UHGV virus genome: UHGV-0229226
Direction: 5' to 3' (one strand)
Length of the DNA: 26,755 nucleotides
Source: a virus
The stretch's first letter is position 1. Each line of letters opens with the position of its first letter. Positions 9,061 to 18,501 of this stretch are shown here, piece by piece. The notes under the pieces are model-generated. The model saw nothing but the letters and a program-made list of their open reading frames with translations. It was not told the DNA's origin and made no database searches. The translations under genes and the position numbers were made by a program.

Positions 9061-10243
9061 CGGAGGGTTTCGTGGTCATGTTCATCGGTGTGAGATAGAC
9101 ATCCCCACCGGGACGCGGATTCATATCTTCCAGGTCGCGGCAGTCATTAGGAGAGTAAATTCCCCAGTTGATCCCGGTGGCGTAGGCTTCAAAACGGGAC
9201 TTCATATCCCCGCGCAGTAACGCCCCGGCGTTAAATTTGGCGTAATAAACGCCCTGCTTACTTTTTCGTACCAGTCCGGTGTTGATCCGCTGTTCGATGC
9301 GGGTCAGATACGGCACCAGTGAATAGTTGATAAATCCCAGCCCCAGCTCTTCGATATTGTTGAAGGTGGCGCGATCGGTGTTCTGCACCATGTGCAACGG
9401 CACCCGAAACAGACGACAGATTTCTTCAAGCTGAAACTTGCGGGTTTCCAGGAACTGGCTGTCCTCGGCGTTCAGCGCCATCGACTTCCAGTCCAGCCCC
9501 ATCTCAAGGATCATCGGGCGGTGAGCATTGCCAAGCCCGGTGTGACGCTCCTCAAAATCTTTCTTCAGGCGCTCGTAAGCCTGATCTGACAGCGTCTGCT
9601 CTGTACGCAACACACCCGACGTCACCGCGCCATTGCTGAACAGTCTGGCCCCGTGCTCTTCGGTCGCTGCCGCCAGCGATATTGCCTCGCGGGCATAGGC
9701 GATGGGATTCAGCCCCACCAGTCCGTCCAGCGTCAGCGTGCGCACATGCCAGATATCCTCCTGGCTCAGTACATCCGTGGAGCCATCCGGGAATGTGACC
9801 TGATAGACCGGCTCCCAGCTACTGTTAAGCTTCGGTACCACACAGCCGGGATCGACGGGCAGCAGTTCAGCCACTTCGCCAAATGCTTTCACTTTGTAGG
9901 CGTAAAAGTTTCCCCGCAGGCACAGACAGGTGACCACCAGCTCCCAGAACTCCTGCGGCGTCATATAGCCATTGGGATGCGTGGAGATCAGCTTATGCAG
10001 ACGTTCGCCGGTGGCTCTCTGTTTCAGGCTGCCGTTCAGGTGATACAGATTGCAGGGCAACATCCCGACCGACTCTGCCAGCACCCTGACGCAGGAAAAA
10101 ACCGCCGTCAGTCGCATGGCCCGCTGGCTGCTGATCTGCTTTCCGGTATAGGTGTCGTAGGACAACCCGATAGCATCCGCCAGCTCTGCTGGCGTGGTCA
10201 CCGGTGCGTCACTTTTTTGTTGAAATAATCCCGAAAAGAACAC
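9002..10243 (-). CDS. Portal protein, HK97 family
   Basis: 413-aa ORF downstream of the large terminase, of the size and position of an HK97-type portal. Confidence 0.9.
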   Translation of the reverse strand: MFFSGLFQQKSDAPVTTPAELADAIGLSYDTYTGKQISSQRAMRLTAVFSCVRVLAESVGMLPCNLYHLNGSLKQRATGERLHKLISTHPNGYMTPQEFWELVVTCLCLRGNFYAYKVKAFGEVAELLPVDPGCVVPKLNSSWEPVYQVTFPDGSTDVLSQEDIWHVRTLTLDGLVGLNPIAYAREAISLAAATEEHGARLFSNGAVTSGVLRTEQTLSDQAYERLKKDFEERHTGLGNAHRPMILEMGLDWKSMALNAEDSQFLETRKFQLEEICRLFRVPLHMVQNTDRATFNNIEELGLGFINYSLVPYLTRIEQRINTGLVRKSKQGVYYAKFNAGALLRGDMKSRFEAYATGINWGIYSPNDCRDLEDMNPRPGGDVYLTPMNMTTKPSDGSKAGKQKDNANADETTS

Positions 10244-10425
10244 TATTTACCTCCGCCGACAGACGACTGTGTACGGTCGAGATATCGCGCCACCAGCCAC
10301 GACCAGAACAGGCACAGCGCCCCGGCAACAACAAAACCCGCCGGGGGATAAATCAGCCAGGCACCATACGCCAGCAAAAGCGCACCCAGCACGCCCACCA
10401 GTGGCGCGAGAATTATCAGAAACAT
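10243..10425 (-). CDS. Hypothetical small membrane protein
   Basis: 60-aa ORF with two hydrophobic segments ([24 protein letters not shown] and [16 protein letters not shown]). Its stop overlaps the portal start. Confidence 0.35.
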   Translation of the reverse strand: MFLIILAPLVGVLGALLLAYGAWLIYPPAGFVVAGALCLFWSWLVARYLDRTQSSVGGGK

Positions 10426-10436
10426 AATGACCTCGG

Positions 10437-12194
10437 TTAAAGCGAGCGGATGCCCACGCTGACCAGATGTTCAGACAGATCCGGCTCCGGTTCACCACCA
10501 TTGACCAGCATCCGGCTCATCGCTGTAAACATCGCAACAGGGCCGTCGATTTTGGCTTCCAGCGTGGATTTATTCGGGAAGATATTGTCGTTTTTGTCCG
10601 GTTTTACCGTAACGTTAGACATCATCCAGTTCATGACCGGATGATTGCTGTGATGGAAACGCCCGGCATAGACCAGTGATTCCGTTTCCTTCATGGCCTC
10701 TGACAGATTGCGAACCGTCTGCGGAACCTCCACCAGCGGTATCCCTTCTTCAGCCAGTGCCAGGCTGAACTGCATCGCGCTCCACGGGTCAAATCCCAGT
10801 TCCCTGAGGTTTTCACCACCAATCCATTCCAGTAAGTCACTTTTTATCTGAGCATGATCGATAACATCACCATCCGTCAGAATCAGCTTATCCATCTCCG
10901 CCCACTTCCGGTAAAGTTCTGCCTGCTGCCGCGAGCATCGTTCCAGCCGTCCTTCCGGAAGCCAGAATTTAAAATCGGCATGAACATGCCCGTTATCCGT
11001 TCGCCAGAGTTTTGCCGCCGCACAGATATCAATCTTATGAGCAAGGTCAACGCCGACCCACATGGGATACGTTTTCAGCTCATGTCGTGGGGCAATGTAT
11101 TCGCACTTCTCCCACTTAATCATATCCATCCAGGCAGATTCGGCAGTGACCCACACATTCATGTGTTTGGTAAAAAAATTCACCCGCGCAGAGACCTGCT
11201 CCTTCGCTTTTTTCGCCAGACGACGCAGATCATCCCAGCGTTTACAGATGCCCAGGCCAGGATTCGCTTTCTGCCAGACCGTTTCATCAAACGGATCATC
11301 TCCCTCATCGAGCGTGTAAATGATCGCAAAGTAGGAGTCGTCTTTTACCGCGCCCTCCACGTCGCTGTTATAGCCTCGCAATACCTTAATGGCGTAATCG
11401 CGCTGCTCGTAGCAAATCCCTTCCTTGTTAAAGCCAGCCGTGGTGATGCCAAATAACAGAGACTGCAGACGGGCACCGGTTGCCGTTTCCAGAACGTCCC
11501 ACACGTCACGGGTTTTATGAGCATGCAGCTCATCAATAATGGCGCAGTGGATGTTCAGACCGTCCAGGTTGTTTGCATCCGAGGAAAGCGGTTCAAATTT
11601 TGATGCGCTCTGCTCCTGGTAAATCGCCAGCTTGTTGAAATCAAACAACCGCCCGAGTGTCGACCGGGCTTTTCTGACCATATTTTTGGCGTCTTCAAAC
11701 ACAATTCTGGCCTGGTCACGCGTGGTTGCGGCTGAATACACCTCAGCACCGCCTTCACCATCTGCCCCCGTCATATACAGACCGATACCCGATGACAGGG
11801 TTGATTTTGCGTTTTTACGGGCAACTTCGTTGTATGCTGTCCGGAACCGGCGCACCATCACCGGGCGTCCACTGCCATCGCTGCGCATGACAACTTCCCC
11901 GGTTTCTTCATTCACCAGCGGAATGACAAAACCAAAAATATTAATGAGGATAAACACATGCCAGTCCATCAACTCAATGGGCTGACCTGCCAGCGCCCCT
12001 TTCACATGGGGTACAAATTTGTAGAAATTAAGGATGTGCTGTGCACGAGGTTCACTGAAATAAATCCCCCGCTCTTCGCCGTACTTCAGATCATCAAGAA
12101 AACGCTGGCAGGCCAGACGGACAAATTCGCCAGCAACAATTTCTCCTGCAACAACACGTTCGGCGTAGCGGATCCCGTCAGCCACTTTTGCCAT
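10437..12194 (-). CDS. Terminase large subunit
   Basis: 585-aa ORF; size and position fit a large terminase. Start is coupled to the small-subunit stop. Confidence 0.9.
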   Translation of the reverse strand: MAKVADGIRYAERVVAGEIVAGEFVRLACQRFLDDLKYGEERGIYFSEPRAQHILNFYKFVPHVKGALAGQPIELMDWHVFILINIFGFVIPLVNEETGEVVMRSDGSGRPVMVRRFRTAYNEVARKNAKSTLSSGIGLYMTGADGEGGAEVYSAATTRDQARIVFEDAKNMVRKARSTLGRLFDFNKLAIYQEQSASKFEPLSSDANNLDGLNIHCAIIDELHAHKTRDVWDVLETATGARLQSLLFGITTAGFNKEGICYEQRDYAIKVLRGYNSDVEGAVKDDSYFAIIYTLDEGDDPFDETVWQKANPGLGICKRWDDLRRLAKKAKEQVSARVNFFTKHMNVWVTAESAWMDMIKWEKCEYIAPRHELKTYPMWVGVDLAHKIDICAAAKLWRTDNGHVHADFKFWLPEGRLERCSRQQAELYRKWAEMDKLILTDGDVIDHAQIKSDLLEWIGGENLRELGFDPWSAMQFSLALAEEGIPLVEVPQTVRNLSEAMKETESLVYAGRFHHSNHPVMNWMMSNVTVKPDKNDNIFPNKSTLEAKIDGPVAMFTAMSRMLVNGGEPEPDLSEHLVSVGIRSL

Positions 12195-12676
12195 CAGTCT
12201 CTCGCTTTTAAAAGCTCTGCCAGCGGATCAACATCATCCGGTCCGGCGGTATTTACTTTCGCCCGGCTTGCCGGTGACATACCAAACTCTGCAAGCATCG
12301 CCCGAATCCGCTTCCAGGCATCAGCCTTCATCGCAGCAGCCGGGTGTGCCTTGATCAGCACATCGCCATTCTGCGTTTCCGTGCGGTAGGTATAACCCTC
12401 AACATCGAGTATTTCGCAGTGATGCCGGTATTCGGTGTAGGCTTCCACCAGTAACTCGAGCGCACGTGCATCGAGCTGAGAAATGATCCCTTCCGCATTC
12501 AGCTCTTCCGCCATTCGCCTGAACCAGTACTTCCCCTGCGCCCCTAAATGTTGCGGAATTTTAGGGAGACCTTTTTCATCCTTTTTAGCGGTTTTTTTGG
12601 AGTCTTTAACTGGCCGCTTAGAGGGGTTACCTCGTATCAAATGCAGGCGTGGCGGGGTTTTCGGGGGTCCAGACAT
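12194..12676 (-). CDS. Terminase small subunit (P27-type)
   Basis: 160-aa ORF with a basic N-terminus, directly upstream of and overlapping the large subunit. Confidence 0.8.
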   Translation of the reverse strand: MSGPPKTPPRLHLIRGNPSKRPVKDSKKTAKKDEKGLPKIPQHLGAQGKYWFRRMAEELNAEGIISQLDARALELLVEAYTEYRHHCEILDVEGYTYRTETQNGDVLIKAHPAAAMKADAWKRIRAMLAEFGMSPASRAKVNTAGPDDVDPLAELLKARD

Positions 12677-12823
12677 AATCGGTTTTACCTATCAATCATT
12701 TAATCACATTCCAAAAAAAAGTTTTCGAACCTGCGGCGATGCGAGGAAAGGTCAGGCGGCGGTACTGAGCAGCCAGGGTTGCAGAGATTTGACCCGCCCC
12801 TCCCCTACAGATGGGAAATGTTA
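12677..12823. other. Probable cos / packaging-initiation region
   Basis: In HK97-like phages cos lies between the HNH gene and the small terminase gene; this 147-bp gap is in exactly that position. The cohesive-end sequence itself is not identifiable by eye. Confidence 0.3.
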
Positions 12824-13174
12824 TCAATTGATGCGTTCGCACGCTGTTTTTGCTTTATGACAGGGCCAGCACAGACTCTGCAGGTTACTGTCTGCATCCG
12901 TGCCACCATGAGCTTTCGGAATGATGTGGTCCACAGTTCTGGCTTCAACGGCTCTCCCATTGCGCAGGCAGTTCTGACACAGATGATTATCACGCTTCAT
13001 TATGCGCGCACGTATGGCATCCCATTTCGAGCCATAGCCACGCTGGTGGCGACTCAGTCCGCGCTGATGCTGTACCCATCCTTCGCCACGATGTTTATCG
13101 CAGTAACCAGAACTGTCTGTGGTTGTACCTGCGCATCCACGCTTACGGCAGGCTCGTGGGATTCGTGATGGCAT
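12824..13174 (-). CDS. HNH endonuclease (terminase-associated)
   Basis: 116-aa ORF with Cys-rich HNH motifs (CQNCLRNGR...VDHIIPKAHGGTDADSNLQSLCWPCH) just upstream of the terminase genes. Confidence 0.85.
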   Translation of the reverse strand: MPSRIPRACRKRGCAGTTTDSSGYCDKHRGEGWVQHQRGLSRHQRGYGSKWDAIRARIMKRDNHLCQNCLRNGRAVEARTVDHIIPKAHGGTDADSNLQSLCWPCHKAKTACERIN

Positions 13175-13181
13175 AAATACC

Positions 13182-13382
13182 TCATACCCTGTTCGGTTTA
13201 ATGACAGGCTGATTCTCGATATGTTCTGCTGTCAGTCTGAAAGTCACAGTGACTGTTGGTGGCTCGCCTCCGCGTGTCTCTGTCCTGGCGGAAAGCTGCC
13301 CTTCCAGTAACTCACCATTAACTGCAATCCCATACCCTGCGAAATGTTTACCACGATACAGTTTAGCGACCTGAAACTTCAT
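13182..13382 (-). CDS. Hypothetical protein
   Basis: 66-aa ORF directly upstream of the HNH gene on the same strand. No family recognised. Confidence 0.4.
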   Translation of the reverse strand: MKFQVAKLYRGKHFAGYGIAVNGELLEGQLSARTETRGGEPPTVTVTFRLTAEHIENQPVIKPNRV

Positions 13383-13626
13383 AACTCTTCCTTTTAGACA
13401 TGTTAGACGTGAACCTGTCGCACGGCAGAGTCGCCGAAAGTTTACGGTTTACCCAGGCTCACAGCTGAAAGCCTTTCTTAGATGTGCACATGCGATATGC
13501 TTTGAATGAATTATTAAAAACTTTGCTCTTTTTCAAAATTTCGTATCCTGGCTCGTTAATGTTAAAGAATTAAACGTAAGAAAGTAGTATGTTGAATCGC
13601 TTATATCAAAATACATAGGACTCAAA

Positions 13627-14112
13627 ATGCCAGAACTCGTTGATCCAACAGACTCATTAATTAGTTTTCAATACGCCTTTTCTAATGGTCTGATTAAGCC
13701 TTCACCATGCATAGTTCACCCAAATATGAAGGTGCTTTTGGATGATGCAGAGGGTACACCACGGTTTACTTATGCATTCTTTGAAGGAGAAAATGTTAAA
13801 GGTGTTGCTATATATGTCCCTGCAGAGTTTGTTGAAGGTAAACCATGCTTTGGCGTTGGCTATGCAGTAGCTGATGAATATAAAGCGCAAGGCATCGGTA
13901 CTCAACTTCTCATCGCCAGCATTGAAGAAATGCAATACGGATTTAGAAATTCCTTCAATGAATTCTATGTAGAGGCTATTGTCGGGGTTGGTAATCAAGC
14001 CTCCAACAAATTAGCTGCAAAAGTTTTATCTGATACTCCTGAGCCAGGGACAGATTCTTACTCAGGAAAACCTATCAATCAGTACATGAAACTTTTCAAA
14101 ACCACAAAATAA
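13627..14112 (+). CDS. GNAT-like acetyltransferase-fold protein (moron)
   Basis: 161-aa ORF on the strand opposite the late operon. ATG is preceded by AGGA; the segment AQGIGTQLL resembles the GNAT acetyl-CoA binding motif. AT-rich flanks and its own downstream terminator. Confidence 0.5.
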   Translation: MPELVDPTDSLISFQYAFSNGLIKPSPCIVHPNMKVLLDDAEGTPRFTYAFFEGENVKGVAIYVPAEFVEGKPCFGVGYAVADEYKAQGIGTQLLIASIEEMQYGFRNSFNEFYVEAIVGVGNQASNKLAAKVLSDTPEPGTDSYSGKPINQYMKLFKTTK

Positions 14113-14122
14113 CTACCATTCT

Positions 14123-14144
14123 GGCGCAGATTTTTGCGCCTTTT
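14123..14144 (+). terminator. Rho-independent terminator of the GNAT-like gene
   Basis: GGCGC stem / GCGCC stem with an AGATTTTT loop, followed by TTTT, about 10 nt after the stop. Confidence 0.45.
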
Positions 14145-14290
14145 CAGGTTTGCAGTTCACCTGCCACGCTTTGTTATGCGCCTGAATGTCCCGCTTCGTC
14201 TGTTGCATTATCATAAGTAATAGCGTAGGTTGACACCCTGGCTCTCTTTCGCCACCGGCGAATCTTTAGCGGATTATCCTTGGCCGGTTT

Positions 14291-14758
14291 TTATCTGAGA
14301 CATTGCTCACGAATGTATAGCTGTGCCCCTTCCAGTTGCTTCTGCATCGTCATCAACCGTTCTCTGAGGGTGAAATAATCCCGTTCAGCGGTGTCTGCCA
14401 GTCGGGGGCTGGTTGCATTATCCACGCTGGTGGGTCCGGTGGCTTCACGCACGGCTGCGGAGCAACTGGCATTGACCCGCAGGCGCTTACGACCAGCGGC
14501 AACATCAGCGCGCAGGGTTTCATTTTCAGCTTTCGCATTGGCTAATTCTCTCGAGTACTTTGCATCGAGCGCAGCAACATCACGCTGACGCATCTGTATG
14601 TCAGTAATTGCCGCGTTCGCCAGCGTCAGTTCTCTGGCATTTTTGTCGCGCTGGGCTTTGTAGGTAATGGCGTTATCACGGTAATGATTAACAGCCCATG
14701 ACAGGCAGACGATGATGCAGATAACCAGAGCGGAGATAATCGCGGTTACTCTGTTCAT
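14291..14758 (-). CDS. Rz: Rz i-spanin
   Basis: N-terminal transmembrane segment ([18 protein letters not shown]) followed by a charged coiled-coil periplasmic domain. Start taken as MNRV at 14758, overlapping the endolysin stop. Confidence 0.8.
   Translation of the reverse strand: MNRVTAIISALVICIIVCLSWAVNHYRDNAITYKAQRDKNARELTLANAAITDIQMRQRDVAALDAKYSRELANAKAENETLRADVAAGRKRLRVNASCSAAVREATGPTSVDNATSPRLADTAERDYFTLRERLMTMQKQLEGAQLYIREQCLR
14353..14538 (-). CDS. Rz1: Rz1 o-spanin (outer-membrane lipoprotein) embedded in Rz in another frame
   Basis: 61-aa ORF with a lipobox-type signal (LPLVVSAC) and a proline-rich mature part, lying wholly inside Rz. Confidence 0.75.
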   Translation of the reverse strand: MRKLKMKPCALMLPLVVSACGSMPVAPQPCVKPPDPPAWIMQPAPDWQTPLNGIISPSENG

Positions 14759-15252
14759 TGCTGACCCCACAAACAGATTTCACGCTCAATCTCACGACGA
14801 GTCATGAGACCTTTCCATTGCTTACCGCCAGCATATGTCCAGCGACGTAGCTGATCACATGCGCCTTTGATATCGCCCTGGTTTATTTTGCGAAGAAGCG
14901 TCGATGTTCTGAAATTGCCAGCACCCACGTTGTAAACGAATGAGTAAAGAGCGCCGCGCATTGTTTCCGGTATATCGACTTTGATGTACGGGTTAATTTG
15001 TCTGGCGACCGTGGCAAGGTCTTTATTCAGGAGGGCTTTGCATTCTGCTTTGGTATACGTTTTACCGAGCATGATGTCTTTTCCTGTATGCCCGTGACAT
15101 ACAGTCCATACACCAACAATATCTTTGTATGGTATGTAGCTGACACCTTCCAGACCATCGTTACCACTTGGGCCAGTGATTAACACTGATGCTATAGCAA
15201 TTGCTCCGCCACCAATAGCAGCAGCAACGGCTTTTCGTAATGATGGAGGCAT
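14755..15252 (-). CDS. R: SAR endolysin (phage 21 R-type lysozyme)
   Basis: 165 aa with a Gly/Ala-rich signal-anchor-release segment at the N-terminus ([20 protein letters not shown]) and a T4-lysozyme-like catalytic region (LEGVSY...KD...T). Very close to phage 21 R as I recall it. Confidence 0.9.
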   Translation of the reverse strand: MPPSLRKAVAAAIGGGAIAIASVLITGPSGNDGLEGVSYIPYKDIVGVWTVCHGHTGKDIMLGKTYTKAECKALLNKDLATVARQINPYIKVDIPETMRGALYSFVYNVGAGNFRTSTLLRKINQGDIKGACDQLRRWTYAGGKQWKGLMTRREIEREICLWGQQ

Positions 15253-15467
15253 TATTCACCTCTCGCAGCCTTGCGCTTATCTTCTTTAATCTTGAAATAA
15301 AGGTTTGTCAGGTACGTCAGCAGGCCAAATACCAGGCTACCCAGCACACCTATTGCCGCCCACTGTGAGGGCGTGACTTTATCGAGCAACTGTAAAAACC
15401 AGTACCCGGCACTACCTGCTGAGGTACCATAGGCGACACCCGTTGTTAACTTATCCATGGATTTCAT
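15252..15467 (-). CDS. S: Class II holin (pinholin, S21-type) with dual-start motif
   Basis: 71 aa, [26 protein letters not shown]..., two transmembrane domains, Met1 and Met4 dual start, charged C-terminus. Matches phage 21 S. Confidence 0.85.
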
Positions 15468-15593
15468 AACCCCACCTCGCAGACAAAGCGGGTGTAAATT
15501 AAGGGGATACTACGTATCGCAATAAAGGCAGAAACGTAACAGATTCGGAGTCAGTGAATAACTCAGGTATTGGGTTATCAGCTAATATCGAGA

Positions 15594-15629
15594 CTCAAAA
15601 AATGGAAAAACCCGCTCGACGGCGGGTTT
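15594..15629 (-). terminator. Rho-independent terminator about 140 nt upstream of the holin
   Basis: CCCGC-CGTCGA-GCGGG hairpin followed on the minus strand by TTTTTCCATTTTTT. A candidate tR'-type late terminator, or a terminator shielding the late operon from upstream transcription. Confidence 0.45.
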
Positions 15630-16055
15630 AAGCTGTGTGACGAAGTAACCACTCTTAACAGCATAACCAATTTTTTACGTACGTAAACTACTAAATGATA
15701 TTTGTGAGAATGCCACCGAGTGTTCAAAACACCACCACAAATGCATAAGAAAACTTCAACAAATAACCAGTTAATAATTTCCGATGTTATTTTTAGTTTG
15801 TTTAAATTAAGCTAAAGAATTATAGAGCACTTATAAATAAGTGCCATTAATATAAATTAGCTAATAGATTTATTTTTGTTCAGACAAGAGCCATGAATAG
15901 GATTAGATAGAAAAGGTTCAGATAAAAATAGAGATCTACTTCACAAATTAAATGAGAAACTAAAACTTACATCTTGAAATAATCACATTGATTAGATGAA
16001 TATTTATCGCGCAGTGACATCATTTTTTAATAATAGTTCAAAAAAAGGGCGTACA

Positions 16056-17138
16056 ATGAAAAAATTAACAGTGGCAATTTCTGCTGTAGCTGCATCAGTA
16101 CTGATGGCGATGTCTGCTCAGGCAGCTGAAATTTATAATAAAGACAGTAACAAGCTGGATCTATACGGGAAAGTTAATGCCAAGCACTACTTCTCCTCTA
16201 ATGATGCAGATGATGGTGATACTACTTATGCCCGTCTTGGCTTCAAAGGTGAAACCCAAATCAACGATCAACTGACTGGTTTCGGTCAGTGGGAATATGA
16301 ATTCAAAGGCAACCGTGCTGAATCTCAAGGTTCTTCCAAAGACAAAACCCGTCTTGCATTTGCAGGCCTGAAATTTGGTGATTACGGCTCAATCGATTAC
16401 GGCCGTAACTACGGTGTAGCATACGACATCGGTGCGTGGACTGACGTTCTGCCAGAATTCGGTGGTGATACCTGGACCCAAACAGATGTGTTCATGACTG
16501 GTCGCACTACTGGTGTTGCAACTTATCGTAACAACGACTTCTTTGGTCTGGTCGATGGCCTGAACTTTGCTGCTCAGTATCAGGGTAAAAATGACCGCAC
16601 TGACGTAACTGAAGCCAATGGTGATGGTTTCGGTTTCTCCACTACTTATGAGTATGAAGGATTCGGCGTGGGTGCAACCTATGCTAAATCAGATCGCACT
16701 GACGGTCAGGTCGCCTATGGTAAGAGCAAATTCAATGCCTCCGGCAAAAATGCGGAAGTATGGGCTGCAGGCCTGAAATATGATGCGAACAATATCTATC
16801 TGGCTACCACATATTCTGAAACTCAGAATATGACCGTTTTTGGTAATAACCATATTGCAAACAAAGCACAAAACTTTGAAGCAGTAGCACAATATCAGTT
16901 TGACTTCGGTCTGCGTCCATCTGTTGCTTACCTTCAGTCAAAAGGTAAAGACCTTGGTGTTCATGGTGACCGAGACTTAGTCAAGTATGTCGATGTCGGT
17001 GCTACTTACTACTTTAATAAAAACATGTCCACTTTTGTTGATTACAAAATCAACTTAATTGACGATAGTAAGTTTACCAAAACAGCTGGTATTGATACCG
17101 ACGACATCGTCGCTGTAGGTCTGGTTTATCAGTTCTAA
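16056..17138 (+). CDS. nmpC: Outer-membrane general porin (OmpC/OmpF family; phage-borne NmpC/Lc-like)
   Basis: Signal peptide [23 protein letters not shown] then [23 protein letters not shown]..., ending in the aromatic ...VAVGLVYQF typical of porins. Start taken at the internal ATG 16056, which has a AAGGG Shine-Dalgarno. Confidence 0.9.
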   Translation: MKKLTVAISAVAASVLMAMSAQAAEIYNKDSNKLDLYGKVNAKHYFSSNDADDGDTTYARLGFKGETQINDQLTGFGQWEYEFKGNRAESQGSSKDKTRLAFAGLKFGDYGSIDYGRNYGVAYDIGAWTDVLPEFGGDTWTQTDVFMTGRTTGVATYRNNDFFGLVDGLNFAAQYQGKNDRTDVTEANGDGFGFSTTYEYEGFGVGATYAKSDRTDGQVAYGKSKFNASGKNAEVWAAGLKYDANNIYLATTYSETQNMTVFGNNHIANKAQNFEAVAQYQFDFGLRPSVAYLQSKGKDLGVHGDRDLVKYVDVGATYYFNKNMSTFVDYKINLIDDSKFTKTAGIDTDDIVAVGLVYQF

Positions 17139-17148
17139 TCTGACTTAC

Positions 17149-17189
17149 GAAAAAGATATGTTGCGGGAGGCTTTGCCTCCGCAACATAT
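17149..17189 (-). terminator. Long inverted-repeat hairpin with U-run on the minus strand (candidate tR'-type terminator)
   Basis: ATATGTTGCGG(G)AGGC ... GCCTCCGCAACATAT, a ~15-bp stem, followed on the minus strand by CTTTTTCG. Lies about 140 nt downstream of Q. Confidence 0.5.
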
Positions 17190-17275
17190 AAGTGGAGCCC
17201 TCAAGCCACTTCCTTTAGAAGCACTACCTTGCTTCTTACTATATAAACCTTCTGTTATATATTACCCTTTATTTT

Positions 17276-17300
17276 GGGGGCGTTTCCACGCCCCATTTTT
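17276..17300 (+). terminator. Plus-strand rho-independent terminator downstream of the porin gene
   Basis: GGGGCGT-TTCC-ACGCCCC followed by ATTTTT on the plus strand. Confidence 0.45.
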
Positions 17301-17326
17301 AATAACTTTTAGTAAACAATTGCATA

Positions 17327-17710
17327 TCAATTAGAATTATTAGCAACGATATCCATATCTAACCGGATATCTAATGCCATTAACATCCCTTCAATTATGC
17401 CCTCAGCCTTCTGTAACCTTTTCCCGATATAACCATCCGAGCAGCAATGCTTACTTGCCAGTGACATGAATGTCATACCACATACATAATAATCTACTAA
17501 TAAATCGTGTAAATCGCTGTTGTTCTTTTTCAGACGGGCCATGCACCCGCAAATGATCATCGCGTCATCGTCACAACATTGCGGGCGAGATTTTACTTTT
17601 GAAGGAATTAATCCCTTAAAACCGGCGGCAATGGACGACCAGGTCACATCTTCATGATTATTAGCCGCCCACGCACCCCAACGCTCAAGAACCATCTGAA
17701 TATCACGCAT
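17327..17710 (-). CDS. Q: Late-gene antiterminator Q (DLP12 QuuD-like)
   Basis: [26 protein letters not shown]...[16 protein letters not shown]... matches my memory of the DLP12 Q-like antiterminator. ATG at 17710 has a GGAG Shine-Dalgarno; the ORF-track start at 17725 is a TTG. Confidence 0.85.
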   Translation of the reverse strand: MRDIQMVLERWGAWAANNHEDVTWSSIAAGFKGLIPSKVKSRPQCCDDDAMIICGCMARLKKNNSDLHDLLVDYYVCGMTFMSLASKHCCSDGYIGKRLQKAEGIIEGMLMALDIRLDMDIVANNSN

Positions 17711-17795
17711 CAACTTACTCCACAAAAATCAGACCAGAACGCCAATTACAAGCAAAAATCAACAAAACAGTATTAGTTGATTGTTATCTCTGACT

Positions 17796-17918
17796 TCATA
17801 CTCCTGTTCCTGTCAGGGTTTTGGCGTAATTCTTCAGTATTCGGTAATCGGTCAAAACAGAACCGAGGAAACGATATAAGCGCAGACGCCCCCAGCGGTG
17901 GCGAAGAAGTTCTGCCAT
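17796..17918 (-). CDS. Small ORF (40 aa) between rusA and Q, ylcG-like
   Basis: ATG at 17918, MAELLRHRWGRLRLYRFLGSVLTDYRILKNYAKTLTGTGV. Below the ORF-track size cut-off. Same position as ylcG in DLP12. Weak Shine-Dalgarno. Confidence 0.35.
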   Translation of the reverse strand: MAELLRHRWGRLRLYRFLGSVLTDYRILKNYAKTLTGTGV

Positions 17919-17932
17919 ATTAAACTCAAACA

Positions 17933-18295
17933 TCATTCATTCCCCATTTCGGTGATGGTCAGTTCCAGCCTCCCACCTTTGGTAACAGGCATCTTCACAA
18001 CGCGGTAATCAACGACCTGAGCATCATCCAGCCAGAAACCTGCTTTAGTGAGTGCGTCAAAAGCGGCTTTTTGCAGATTATCCAGGTCACGGCGACGGCG
18101 ATCCGGCATGTGGCACTCAATGCGGATTTTCACAGGCATAGCCAGGCCGATATCCAGCATTGCGTTTTTAATGATTCGGGCGACGTTATCGCGGTATGCC
18201 TGCCCCTCTGCGCTGACGTGCGTGCGCCCGCGATTATGGCGGTAATAGCGATTATTGCTCGGAGGCCAGGGTAATGTGATGCTGTAGGTATTCAC
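17933..18295 (-). CDS. rusA: Holliday junction resolvase RusA
   Basis: 120 aa; the motifs [13 protein letters not shown] and ...[28 protein letters not shown] are typical of RusA. GTG start overlaps the stop of the upstream remnant (GTGA). Confidence 0.9.
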   Translation of the reverse strand: MNTYSITLPWPPSNNRYYRHNRGRTHVSAEGQAYRDNVARIIKNAMLDIGLAMPVKIRIECHMPDRRRRDLDNLQKAAFDALTKAGFWLDDAQVVDYRVVKMPVTKGGRLELTITEMGNE

Positions 18296-18420
18296 GCCTT
18301 AATAACCCCCTCTTTCAGCCACATAACCTGTGTTCTCGCCATACCTTCCAGCGCGCATTCTTTTGCATATGCAGCATCGACTTGCTTGGCATGCCCTTTA
18401 CCGGCAATCTTCTGTATGCG
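18292..18420 (-). pseudogene. 3' remnant of a ybcO-like (DUF1364-type) gene
   Basis: In the frame coupled to the rusA start, 42 codons read [42 protein letters not shown], resembling the C-terminus of prophage YbcO as I recall it. Two in-frame stops (TAG at 18421-18423 and 18427-18429) and no start codon precede it. Confidence 0.4.
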
Positions 18421-18501
18421 CTAAACCTAGATAGAATCCACTCTGTGCACATTGAAGCCCGCTCTATGCTTTCTTTCAGGTATTGAAGGGATTGAGATGG
18501 G

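Noticed and set aside
15996-16055. N-terminal extension of the porin ORF ([20 protein letters not shown])
   Set aside because: The true start is the ATG at 16056, which has a Shine-Dalgarno and is followed immediately by a canonical signal peptide.
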